64,000 nucleotides of DNA. Origin: Octopus sinensis (lineage: Eukaryota). The notes under the pieces were generated by a model, which was given only the letters and a program-made list of their open reading frames with translations, did not search any database and was not told the origin of the DNA. This document shows, piece after piece, positions 11,050 to 22,600 of the stretch; within the stretch, counting starts at the first letter, position 1; every line of letters starts with the position of its first letter. Location of the stretch: NCBI RefSeq assembly GCF_006345805.1, contig NC_043015.1, positions 17,732,001 to 17,796,000 on the forward strand. The letters are read 5' to 3'. The position numbers were made by a program, and so were the translations under genes.

Positions 11050-13469
11050 TGTTTGGTTTAGGGTTAATGTGTGGGTTATGGTTGATGTTACAATGAGGGA
11101 AGGGGTAGGGTTAGGTTTCATGTTCAGGGTCAGTGTTAGGAAGAGGGTTAGTGTTGTGTTTAGTTTTAGGTTTAGGTTTAGGGTTACTGTTAGTGTTCGG
11201 TTTAGTGTTAGAGTTTGTGTTAGCTTTAGTGTCGGGTTTAGGTATTTGTTTATGTTTGTGGTTAGGGTTAGGGTTAGAGCTAGTGTTCCTGTTATGGTTA
11301 GTGTTAGGTTTAGTGTTAAGTTTAGGTTTAAGGCAAGCGTTAGGTTTGATATTAGGGTTTGGGGAAGTGATAAATTTAGTGTTACATTTTGGGTTAGAGT
11401 CAGTTTTAGGTTTAGCTTAAGAGTGAGGGTTAGGGCTAGGGTTAGAGTTAGGTCTGGGTTTGGGTTTAGGTTTAGGGTTAGTTTTAGTGTTAGGGCTATG
11501 CCTAGGGTTACGTTTAAGTTTAGGGTTAGGTTTAGATTTAGTGTTAGGGTTAGAGTCAGTGTTAGGGTTAGTGTTTGGGTTAGGGTTAGTGTAAGGGTTA
11601 GGCTTATAAGTGTAAAGTGTAGGGTAAGAATCACAGTTAGTGTTCATATTACGGTTAGTGTTACGGTGAGTTTGGTTATATTTAGTGTTAAGTCGTGGGT
11701 AAGAATTGACGTTATGATTAGGGTAAGAGATTGGGTTAGTGTTAGGTTTTGGGTTAGGGTAAGTGTTCGGGTTAAGTTTAGGGTTAGGTCTAGGTTTAGG
11801 GTTAGGGTTTCTGTTATGGTTAATGTTAGCATTAGTGTTACTGTTAGGATTATTGTTAGAGTTAGTTTGAGGGTTAGTGTTTGGTTTACAGATTTGTTTA
11901 GGTTTGTGGTTAGGGTTAGGGTCAAGGTTAGAGTTAAGTCAAGGGTTTAAGATTAGGGCTAGATGGATCATGTTAGGTTCAGTGTTAGGTTTAGGGTTAA
12001 GGCGTGCGTTAGGTTTGACGTTAGGGTTAGGATAAGTGATATTTTTAGTGTTAGTTTTTGGGTTAGGGTCAGTGTTTAGGGTTAGGGCTACGGTTAGTTA
12101 TGGTTAGGTTTAGGGTTAGGTTTAGTGTTAGGGTTAGCCTTGGGTTAGGTTTAGTTTTACAGTTAGGTTTAGGTTTAGTGTTACTGTTATTTTTAGGTTT
12201 AGTGTTAGAGTTAATGTTAGGGTTATGTTTTTAGGTTTGCAGTTATGGTTAGGGTTATGTTTAGTATTATGGTGTGGGTAAGGGTTGACGTTATGATTAG
12301 GGTAAGGGATTAGGTTAGGGTTAGGTTTTGGGTTAGGGTCAGTGTCAGTTTAGGGTTAAGATTAGGTTTAGGGTTTGGGTTACTGTTTTGGTTAATGTTA
12401 TGTTTAGTGTTACTTTTAGAATTAGGTTTAGGGTTTTGTTTATTTAGGTTTACAGTTAGGATTAGATAAAGTGTTAGTGTTAGGTTTAGGGTTGAAGTTA
12501 GGGTTAGGATGAGGGATAGGGTCAGGGTTAGGTTTCGTGTTAGGGTCAGTGTCAGGTTTAGGGTTAGGTTTAGTGTTAGGCTTAGGCTTAGGGTTATGGC
12601 TAGGGTTAGGGTTAAGTATAGTGTTAGGATTAGGCTTAGTGTTAGGTTTAGGGTTAGGGTGTGGGTTGGGGTTGATGTTAGGGTTTGGGTAAGTAATAGT
12701 GTTAGAGTTAGGGTTAGGGCTAGGGAAGGACTGGGTTTAGTGTTACGATTAGGGTTAGGTTTAGAGTTAGGTCTAGTGTTAGGGATAGGTTTAGTGTTAG
12801 TGTTAGGTTTAGGTTTAATTTTAGAGTTAGTGTTACTGTTAATGTAAGTTTTAGTGTTAGAGTTAGGGTTAGTGTTAGGTTTAGGGTTAGGTTTAGTGTT
12901 AGTGTTAGGGTTAAGGTTAGTGTTAAGTTTAGGCTTAGTGTTAGGTTTAGGGTTAGCATTTGTGTTAGGGTTAGGGTTAAGTCTAGGTTTAGGATTAGGG
13001 TTAGTGTTAGGTTTAGGGTTGAAGTTAGGGTTAGGATGAGGGATAGGGTCAGGGTTAGGTTTCGTGTTAGGGTCAGTGTGAGGGTTAGTGTTAGGTTTAG
13101 GGTTAGGTTTAGGGTTAGGGTGTGGGTTGGGGTTGATGTTAGGGTTTGGGTAAGTAATAGTGTTAGAGTTAGGGTTAGTGTTAGGTTTAGGGCTTGGGTT
13201 AGTGTTAGTGTTAGGGTTAGGGTTAGGTTAGTGTTAGGTTTAGGGTTAGGTTTAGGGTTAGGTTTAGTGTTAGAGTTAGGGTTAGGGCTAGGGAAGGACT
13301 GGGTTAGTGTTACGATTAGGGTTAGGTTTAGTGTTAGTGTTAGGTTTAGGGCTTGGGTTAGTGTTAGTGTTAGGTTTAGGGTTAGCATTTGTGTTAGGGT
13401 TAGGGTAACGGTTAGGCTTTTAAGGTTTAGTGTTAGAGTTAATGTTAGGTGCAGTGTTATGTTTGCAAG

Positions 13470-13945
13470 GATTTTTACTGCAGAAATGATAATGTATTTA
13501 ATGCCAAAATAAACAGAATTATGGAAATTTTATCTGTTTGGAACATTCTCTTTGAAATAACATCAGAGGCTCTCAAATGTAAGTGTGAGGGTTGTTGCCC
13601 AGGTTTGTCAATGACTGCAGCTAAGGTAGCAGGTATTTTTGCCAAGTGTAAGGACTTCCATAACCATAAATGGGGAATAACCAAATGCTTTCCTATAATC
13701 AAACCTTAATGTCACAAGGTTTCTTTGATGTTTTCTTACTTCAGACAGTACAACTTTATTTATCAAAAGTTGTTTGGCACATACACACACTCCCTTCTTT
13801 CCATCTGCTTAGTCATCAGTTTGTCTGTCTGTATATGTCATTTTTCAGTTTTATTTCAAGATTTCTTGCTGATAGAGAAAGAGCCTGTTTCTAACTTATA
13901 TCCAAAGCTCCTTCACTGGAATTTCAACATCAACAGAGTAATTTT
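13470..13945 (-). mobile_element. R4/Dong-like (RLE-type) non-LTR retrotransposon RT fragment, degenerate
   Basis: Minus-strand translations AKQLLINKVVLSEVRKHQRNLVTLRFDYRKAF and MFQTDKISIILFILALNTLSFL resemble the RT core motifs DxxKAF and QGDxLSxxLFxLALNPLS of R4-clade elements. Confidence 0.7.
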
Positions 13946-13950
13946 GTATG

Positions 13951-15651
13951 TCATCGTCATCATCGTTTAACGTCTGTTTTCCATGCTGGCATGGGTTGGA
14001 TGGTTTGACTGAGGAGTGGCAAGCCAGTTGGCTGCACCAGGCTCCAGTCTGATTTGTCAAGGTCTCTACAGCTGGATGCTCTTCCTAACGCCAACCACTC
14101 TGAGAGTGTAGTGGGTACTTTTTACATACCACCGGTATGGGAGCCAGTCAGGCAGCACTGGCATCAACCACGTTCAGATGGTGCTTTTTATGTGCCATGG
14201 GGGGGGGGGGCCACTGGTAGCCAGTCAGGTGACACTGGCATCGACCCATACTTGAATGGTGCTTATTATGTGCCACCAGCATAGGTGTCAGTCAGGCAGC
14301 ACTGGCATTGGCCACAACTACGATTTCCATTTCACTTAACTCAATAAGGTCTTCTCAAACACGGCATATCATCCGATGATTCAAGGGTACTTTTAAATGG
14401 ACTGGCTATGCGACACTCGTATCAGCCATGGCTGTGATCTCACTTTACTTGCCAGGTCATTGGCCACGATTCAATTTCACTTGACTCAACAGGTCTTTTC
14501 AAGCACAGCATATCACCTGACAATTCAAGGGTACTTTTGAATGGGTTGGTTATGTGTCACTGGTATCTGCCACAGCTTCTCAATCACAGCATATCTCCAA
14601 AGGTCTCAATCTCTTGTCATTGCCTCTGTGACGCCCAATGTTCAAAGGTTTTGCTTCACCAACTCATCCCATGTCTTCCTGGGTCTCCCTCTTCCATGGG
14701 TTCCTTTCATTGTTAGGGTGTGACACTTCTTCACACAGTTCTCCGCATCCATATGCAGCACATGACATACCAGTGCAGTTATCTCACTCGCACACTACAT
14801 CTGATGCTTTTTATGTCCAGCATTTCTCTCAGGGCACTTACACTTTGTTGTGTAGGCACAGACATTACACATCCAGCGGATCATACAAGCTTTATTTCTT
14901 TCAAGCCTACGCATGTCCTCAACAGCTATGTAGCATGGATGTTTGCACACATGCATCATACAGTCTACCTTTCACTCTGAGCGAGAGGCCCTTTGTCACC
15001 AGCAGAGGTAAGAGCTTTCTGAATTTTGCCCAGGCTATTCTTATTCTAGTGGCAACACTCTCAGAGTATCCACCCCAACTACAGACTTGGTCACCTAGGT
15101 AGCAGAGACTATCGACTACTTCTATTTTCTTCCCCTGGCATGTGATGGAATCTGTTTTCTGTACATCTTTGGTATTTATTGACCCTGTGCATCTGCCACA
15201 CACAAAAACTATCTTCCTGGTTAACCTTCCTTTGATATTGCTGTACATCTTACATGTCCATAGAATATAGAAAAGGCAATCTATGCCTTTTCTACAGATT
15301 GAGCAAGGCCATCTACCTGAAGGGGTTTGTAATTTGTCCACCTTCTAGGACTTCGGTTTTTGCTAGATTGACTCTATGGCTCTTTGATTCTAGACCTTGC
15401 TTCCACTCTTGAAATTTCATCTCTAGTTCTGGTAGTGACTCAGCTATTAGAGCAAGGTCATCAGCATAGAGGAGCTCCCAAGGGCAGCCTGTCTTGAATT
15501 CCTCTATTATTGCATGGAGGACTATAATGAATAAGAGGACTGATCCTTGGTGAACCCCTACTTCTACCCAGAAATCTTCACTATACTCGTTGCCAACCCT
15601 CACCTTACTGGCAGTATCTCTGTACAGGGCTTGTACAGCTCTAAGCAACCA
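13951..15651 (-). mobile_element. 5'-truncated RTE-clade LINE (RT C-half, 3'UTR, (ATG)n tail)
   Basis: ORFs 15313-15648 (GVHQGSVL...CPWELLYADDLAL) and 14919-15341 (WPCSICRKG...LSLRVKGRLYDACV). Tail (reverse complement) CATCGTCATCATCGTTTAACG at 13951, matching the other RTE copies in the window. Confidence 0.93.
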
Positions 15652-15654
15652 TGT

Positions 15655-17235
15655 ATGTATATGTGCAGATTTGTATGTTTTGCTTTATTTATGTATTCTC
15701 ATGCATATAGCTGCATGCCCAGACATGCTCATATATACTTAAATGACAAACTTCTGGAAAGTTTTACAGTTTTTTGAAGTTCCAGTGATGGCTTGGATCT
15801 GCAGTCTTTGAATTAGCTTTCTCCTTTCTGGTTTTGAGAAGCCTAATTTCTCAAGACTAGTACTTAGGCAGTGTATTACATACCCAGGGCCCCAATGATT
15901 ACAGGTATAAACCTGAACTTGTAATCTGGGTAGAGTAGTTGTAGATTCCTCAATAGTTCAGCATAGGTATTTTCTCTTTCAATGATCTTTATGTTAACAT
16001 TCACTAGACGGTTGATTTCCACAACTGTACAGTTTCTCTTCTCAACCTCAAATTACTATGTCGGGTCTATTATGTTTACATTTTATTGAGGTTTTCACTG
16101 GGACATTCCACCAGTACTCCATACTGTAGGTTCTTATTTCTTTGGCCATGAGGTTATCCTTCTGATGGATCTCATTATACAGTGTCCTAGCTACAACATC
16201 ATGTCTCATTGGCAGATAATACCATAATGACATTTTCAGACAACTGCTTATGATGTGGGTAATATCTTCAGTGTTAACTCCACAAAGTCTGCATCAGTTA
16301 TCACATTTTGCTGCTTTTCCTGCATCTCTGTCCCTTTTGTGCATTAGATATTTGGTTGATATTTCTTATTCCTGGATTGCAAACGCATACCCTCCAAAGA
16401 GGGAGTTAGTAATCTGGTTGTTAGTCCATGATAGACTGCTTTAATGATCAATGTTACTATTATCCCGTAGCTTTCTACTAACATATCCATGCATGGTCTT
16501 CTGCAGATATACCCTTATCCTTTCATCTGATATGTTGCGGTAGAGTTGTGTGACTTCTTTGGGTATGTATTTAAGGTTATCAGACAAGGAATGCTGCTTT
16601 CCAAGTCTCATGTATGCAGACTTGGTCAAGAGGTGCACTTCGATACTTTGTGGTTGAAAGATGTTGCCGAAGGGATATGATACGACATTCAAAGACAGTT
16701 TGGATTGATGTTAAGCCTCTTCCCCCTTGTTTTCGTTTTAGGTAGAGGCGGTCTACGTCACTGATGATGTGGAAATTATGTGTGTTAGTATCTTCCGGGT
16801 TTTCACATCAATGGCTCGGATCTCATCAAGCGTCCAATCAAGTAACCCAAATGTTGGTATGAAGTACTGGCACAGCAAACACATTGTGGGCCACAGTTTT
16901 ATTGAATGTTGAGAGTTCCGAGGTCCATATTTTCTTTATTCGGCTATAATATTCTTTAGTGACATGCGTTTTGTAACAAGTGTCATCGTAAGGTATGTTT
17001 TCATCTACCCCAAGGTACCTGTAACATTCCTCGTCAGATACAGAGGAAACGGGTTATTGATGGAGATGTCAAGTTTCTTTTATAGTTTTCCCTCTTTTCA
17101 CAGCCATATAACAATATTAATCCTGACCAAACTCCAACCCTATATTCTTTGAGAATGTTGTAACCAGGTCAAGGCTCTTTTTCATCTTATGCATATAGTT
17201 TCGAGTCATCCACAATGAAAGCGTGAGTAGTGTAG
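15655..17235 (-). mobile_element. 5'-truncated R4/Dong-like LINE: RT catalytic motif to restriction-like endonuclease (RLE), decayed
   Basis: THAFIVDDSKLYA (YxDD-type motif, ~17190-17230), then FSKNIGLEFG, KEYYSRIKKIWTSELS, RHDVVARTLY...WWNVPVKTSIKCKHNRPDIVI (RLE RHD and PD motifs) and PVIIGALG. Natural stop near 15740. Both ends lie in TACA/CATA-type microsatellite. Confidence 0.82.
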
Positions 17236-17984
17236 TGTAATAAATGTATGTATGTATATATGTATGCATGCATGCGTGTATGCATGTACATACGTAAGCA
17301 TGTGGTGGGGACAGAGAAAGAAAGAGTGAAGTCTATGAAAGTGAAGCTCAATGAAGGAAAGCAAAACATTATTCGAGCTCACGAATTATCTCCCCTCTGT
17401 CAGTAAAATCAGACGCATCTCTTTGCTTGTTATTGCGCCACTACACCAAATTTTAAAAAATAACTTTTCTTAAAAAAATAACTTTTTGAATATGTATATA
17501 TTAATAGGAAATAAGTATAATAAAAACGCTGAATAATGAATGGCATCATTAAAATAAAACGACTGAATGATGAATGGATATGTTAGCATGATAGTCCATT
17601 AGACAAATAAGCTACACGATTTGATTATTGAAATAGGTATACGGTAAACGCAAAGTAATATTCACGCAACACATGGAACTTTGGTGAGCATAAAATGCAA
17701 AGCAACTATTTTCTGAAATGATTAAGTTAATAGAATTAGAATTAATCTTATCTTAGTTGTTAGAAGATACTAGATTTTTCTAAAATAAACGGTAAAGCTG
17801 AATTTCCTTGGGCGTTGACAATCGAAAACTGTTGCTGATAAAAAATACTATATAGTGCCAGTTCGACAACATCAGGTTTAGTTTATAATAATACATTCTT
17901 GATAGTTGATAGATTGGTATTATCTATCTCTTGGTATAAATTTATAATAAATATCCTTGTAAACTTGTGTGATAGCACCCTAGA

Positions 17985-18265
17985 AGAGGGGACTATTTTT
18001 TGAAGCGGTTGTTTACTACGTTAATCGTTGGCGAAAAGAAGCAGGTTAGGTTGGTGAGTGTCGAAGAACACAAGATGATTCGTAGGTCACCATGAAAAAG
18101 GAATGTTTCATCCAGCGACAATTGATTCACTCTTGGCAAACATAATAGATTTTTCTCCTTGTTTAGAATATTCAAGTGTCGGCAAATATTGACATTGTAA
18201 CCGACGAATTCCTTTTAAAAGCGTAAACCACGAAAAGGAAACAAGACAGCACTATATCTCACTCG
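17985..18265 (+). promoter_or_regulatory. CpG-enriched putative CUL3 promoter / upstream non-coding exon
   Basis: Locally high CpG density against an AT-rich background. GTGAGT donor at 18054. Acceptor-like CTGCAG (~18538) and TTTAAG (~18590) just upstream of the CUL3 ATG. Confidence 0.4.
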
Positions 18266-18601
18266 AACACAAACACATTTTATCCTTTATCTGGAATTAT
18301 ATTACATATTCCTAAAAATTGCCAACTCTTTTTCTCAATAGGCATTCTTTGAATGGAAAAAAACATTTTTCATCAAGTCTTTTTGCATGACTTGAGTATT
18401 TAAACATATACACATCCATAAAAAATATTACACCTTTAATGTATGTATATACATGTATAACAAATAGACATAATACATTTCTTTCTTAAACATATTAAAG
18501 GTGATCGCGACTTGGTTCAATTTTTATACTCTCTGCAGCCTTATTTTGCTGATAATTTCATTAAATATCTGTTTTGACTTGCAACTTTAAGGACATTCGC
18601 G

Positions 18602-18661
18602 ATGAGTGGCGGTTTAAGAACCCATAAGAGAGACACGAAGATGCGCATTAGGGCCTTTCCT
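18602..18661 (+). CDS. CUL3: Cullin-3 coding exon 1 (MSGGLRTHKRDTKMRIRAFP)
   Basis: The DTKMRIRAFP N-terminal motif is the CUL3 signature. The exon ends in phase 0 at a GTAAGT donor (18662). Confidence 0.95.
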
Positions 18662-21600
18662 GTAAGTATTGCACTATTCTTGATTTTGTAAAATTACATG
18701 TTGAATTATCATAAATGCAATCAAGTTATGTTTTTGTTGTAATCAGTATAATTTTCATGAGACTGTATTTTCTAATGTAGCAGTACATGCATAAAATAGA
18801 AAAATATTCAAAATGGCGGGTTAAAGTAAGTCTTGGAAAGACTTCTGTAACCATAGCAGTCTGCACTTTTATATTCATTTATTCATTGAAAGACTTTTAT
18901 TTGCTCTACAAAATTCGCCTTTTAAAAAATAGAAGTACTTACCCGTGTTAAAGATTCTTAGATCTAACTACATTTAAATTGTGCCACTACGAATTGTCTT
19001 GTATACTATCATATTTACAAGCAGAGTTAATCACAATTGAGCCTGTTTTTATTGACATCAACTGAGAAATTAAATGATTTTTGAAATTTGTTATGGAATA
19101 ATTTTCTAATTTCATTGACAGTTTCTTTTATATATACATATATTATAAAAGTTACGAAATGAAACTGATACATATGTAGAAAAACATTTAATAAAATTGA
19201 AGATAATGTCCTTGTATATATTTCATTATCATCGAACAAATTTTATAAATTTATTGGTAATATAACTTAATAATAAAGTATGTTTTCCTCAACTTGTCAG
19301 TGTCCTGCTATCTCTCACCCTTATATGAAATAGATACGCATACACACAGACCTACATATATTTTATTATTCCTTACCATACATTGCGGCGCACCTGTTTA
19401 TTTATTTAGTTTTTTTTAATAAAATAGTTACGTGACAAAACATCGAAAATATTTCTTTTTGCCACATATTTAAATATTTTTCTGGAATGAGTAATTATAT
19501 GCATGTTTCTATAACAATTTTACTTGTATTTTTTTAATTCTTATGGAACTATCATTACAATTACTAGTTTTTGCTCCTGCGATTTCAAATTTTGTTTAGG
19601 TTGATAAAACAATTATCGGTTAATTCAATTAATATGGACAATCTCTTACTGGTTTTGTACAGTGAAATCATTTCAAGTACAGTAAGTTTCGATTTGAAAA
19701 AAAAAAGTCTTGTTGCTGTATTGAAAATGTCTGAAATTTGTAATATTTACAAAGAATGTTTTGCTCGTGTTTCTTGTATATGTATTTTGCAGATTTAGTG
19801 AACTGTTAAATTTAAAGAATCTCATATTGAATGAAGAACATTTCTTATAAATTGTAAATAATTAATATACACGTTGATTAATCCTTTTGTTAATATTGTT
19901 TTATTCGTTTTCATTGTGTAACTTTGGAGGCTTTTTTTCTTTTTCGTATACAATAGGTAGTTTAAAAATCGATTTTTTGTTTATGTCTCAACTTCACCAT
20001 ATAAAGTCTTGAGGCTACTACTGCTGCAGTGAATAAGTAGCAGCCAACGTTTTGAGAGAACCAGGCTCAATTTTCATTTATCTGTTGGATCAAATTCCCT
20101 CCTTGTTTGAGATCATTGGTAATAGAATGTCATTAAGTATTAGAATGTAAGAAATTTGTAATTGCAATACATTCAAAATATTTGTGTTTATTTTTTAAAA
20201 ATTTTAAATTGCGGCCTTTTTTCTTTTAAATACCACACAAAGATGATGATGTTAGTCCTGGTAAATATGTTTTCAATAGGTTTATATAGATTTACAAATT
20301 CAATGTTTACATACTTTATGACTTGAAAAACAAAATGTCATTTGCTGACATGAATCAGCCATGTCAATCATTTATTACATAGGTAAATACTTCAAGGATA
20401 AACTGCATATAGCATCTTACTAACTGTTCATGTATGACGTTCAGGTCCCCACTTTTCGTATCGTTTATTAGTATTACCACTATACTGATCCTTCTGGTAT
20501 TACAACGGAAAGGCTCTTAAAATACTTTAGCAATTTAACTGTAGTTGGCCGATCTGCCTAGAAAAATGAATTGCTGTAAATAGAAACCCAGCTAAATTGT
20601 ATAGCAGACCCGCCCGCGTAACTCATGCTAGCACGAAAAGCGTGTTGCAAGATAATGGTGATGATAGTGGTCGAAAACAATTAAGTTATACTTGATTTTG
20701 TTTGAGTCTTGCGTCTTAGCTCATCTGTACTTTTGCTCAATTTACAATAAATAAAATTGTATCTTTATCAGATTTTAATCAAAAAACATTTTAGGCTATC
20801 GGATTTGTTGAACTTAGGGATTTCGATTGGTTAACAATTGGGCTCTTTTGTTGACAACAATAAAAAAACAAAAAACTAACCTATAAATTTTTATATAACA
20901 GTATGTTTTGGGTTAAATTATTTTTTCAAAATTATAGTCTTTTCATCTATAATTTAATAGAATTTTTGAAAAAGATATTACAAGTGTAGATTTTTTTAAG
21001 AGCTTAAATTTTGTTTTAATATGGCAGTTTCTTTAAGTATTTAATTTATTAAGCGAATTAAGATAAGTTTTTGTGAAATATATTTCTGATATTTTAAAGA
21101 AATATTAGCTTAAAAAGTTTGAAAATTGAATGAAAAAGGCTTAAGGCAGTCATAGTCAAATCTACATTATTATTGGCAGCAAGAATTTCTGAAGATTAAC
21201 ATCAGGCAAAGGACCCTCTGCACTATAAAGGATTAGGTAAGAATAACTACATATGTGATGTAATCAATGGGTCCACATGATGTGCAGTGTGACTCATATA
21301 TCAAGAAATATTTTAGTAAAGTAGAATATTCCTCAGCAAAACCAACAACCTAAGTAGCAAAGAATTGTAAAAATCATAATTTTCTGTAAAAGTAATAGTT
21401 TCTGCTACTAACATAATTTAACATGAAGAACTTAATGGTGATATAATGTGAGGGAAGTTTAGGGTGTTAGTGTTTTAGTGGTGAAATGATTTTTCTTATT
21501 TTTAAATGATGATGAATAGGAAGGAAGAATCTGAAATGGATACTTAAAATTGAGCTTTAGATGTTTAACTTGAAAAGCAATCTGAGTGCCTGTTATAGAA

Positions 21601-22477
21601 AAGACTTGATCATTAAAGGTATTCATTCTAGCTCCTTGTATTTGTTCTGGCCTCTTACATTCTGAGTTCATATCACATTATGGTCAACTTTGCTTTTCAT
21701 CCTAGTGTCAATAAAGTACCAGTAATATCAGTATAGTTTAAGTGTCAAATGAGATGCCTTGCATCTCATTTGTTCTGGCTCTTTGCATTCTGGATTCAAA
21801 TCCTGCTGTATTTTATTTAGGTGACACACTTAGTCATCTGGGCCACTCTATTGTAAACATTTAGGCCTGGTTTCCAGTTTGAAGATAGTTTCTTCTTTTT
21901 ACCACCAGTATCAAGTTCTGTAATGGGTCTGGATGCTGCCTTTTGTTATGGACTAAGGAATAAAAAAAAAATTGACATTTGCTTTTTTATACCTCACAAT
22001 ATCCTACCAAAGTCAACTTTGTCTTTCATCCTTATAGAATTGATTTTAAAAAAACAGTCCAGGCAATGGACTGGCAAAATTGTCAGAAAGTCAAGCAAGA
22101 TGTCTGAACCTTTGTGTTCTGACAGCATTGTCTACAAGTGACACTATTACCAAGCTGTATCAGCCCAAATCCAATGGCTTTTCCCTTGGATAAAGAGGGG
22201 AGACATGCATCGGCAACTGCTGGCCTTCATAAAAAATCTTGCCATGCTTGCACATTTGTACATTGCTTTGTTGGCTTTGTTCAAGTAAGTTTATTGTACT
22301 GATGGTTATATAATCCAAATGGATTATACATGTTTATTTGAATACTGTGAGATGGTAAAGTATAATTTGTCAATTTCCTTCAATTCTTTGTTCTTGATAA
22401 TTGGCAGATATAGAGATCAAATCATAGCATAAATTAAATCGAAGACCTTTGGTCTAGTAACTGTTGTAATCCCTGAT

Positions 22478-22600
22478 GTAATCTCCAGGGATACAGGCAT
22501 CCAGCAACAGGACCTCCATAATGCCATGATGGACCGTGAAGTCTGGCATAGCATGGTAAATTCCATTGTCTCGACCACGGTCGAACAATGATGATGATGA
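22478..22600 (+). mobile_element. Extreme 3' end of a second RTE-like LINE family
   Basis: RDTGIQQQDLHNAMMDREVWHSMVNSIVSTTVEQ* followed directly by (ATG)n resembles the RTE C-terminal MxDRxxW motif and tail. Confidence 0.6.

Larger units (their letters stand above)
1..13462 (+). repeat. Degenerate telomere-type (TTAGGG)n satellite, G-rich strand on +; extends beyond the left edge of the window
   Basis: Continuous 6-nt register of TTAGGG with variants TTAGTG, TTAGGT/TTTAGG, TTATGG, TTAGAG and TTAAGG. Very few C on the + strand. Ends abruptly near 13462. Confidence 0.97.

Noticed and set aside
116-13512. Dozens of long VR-, LG-, LT- and PN-rich ORFs (up to 358 aa) in the array
   Set aside because: These are the four stop-free frames of any TTAGGG/CCCTAA repeat. 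Starts are mostly near-cognate codons and there is no codon or splice evidence. Telomeric VR/GL dipeptide translation has been reported for mammalian TERRA, but nothing here supports real coding.
21195-21240. Cryptic exon in CUL3 intron 1 (AG...GTAAGA)
   Set aside because: Weak acceptor, in-frame stop, and no recognisable homology.
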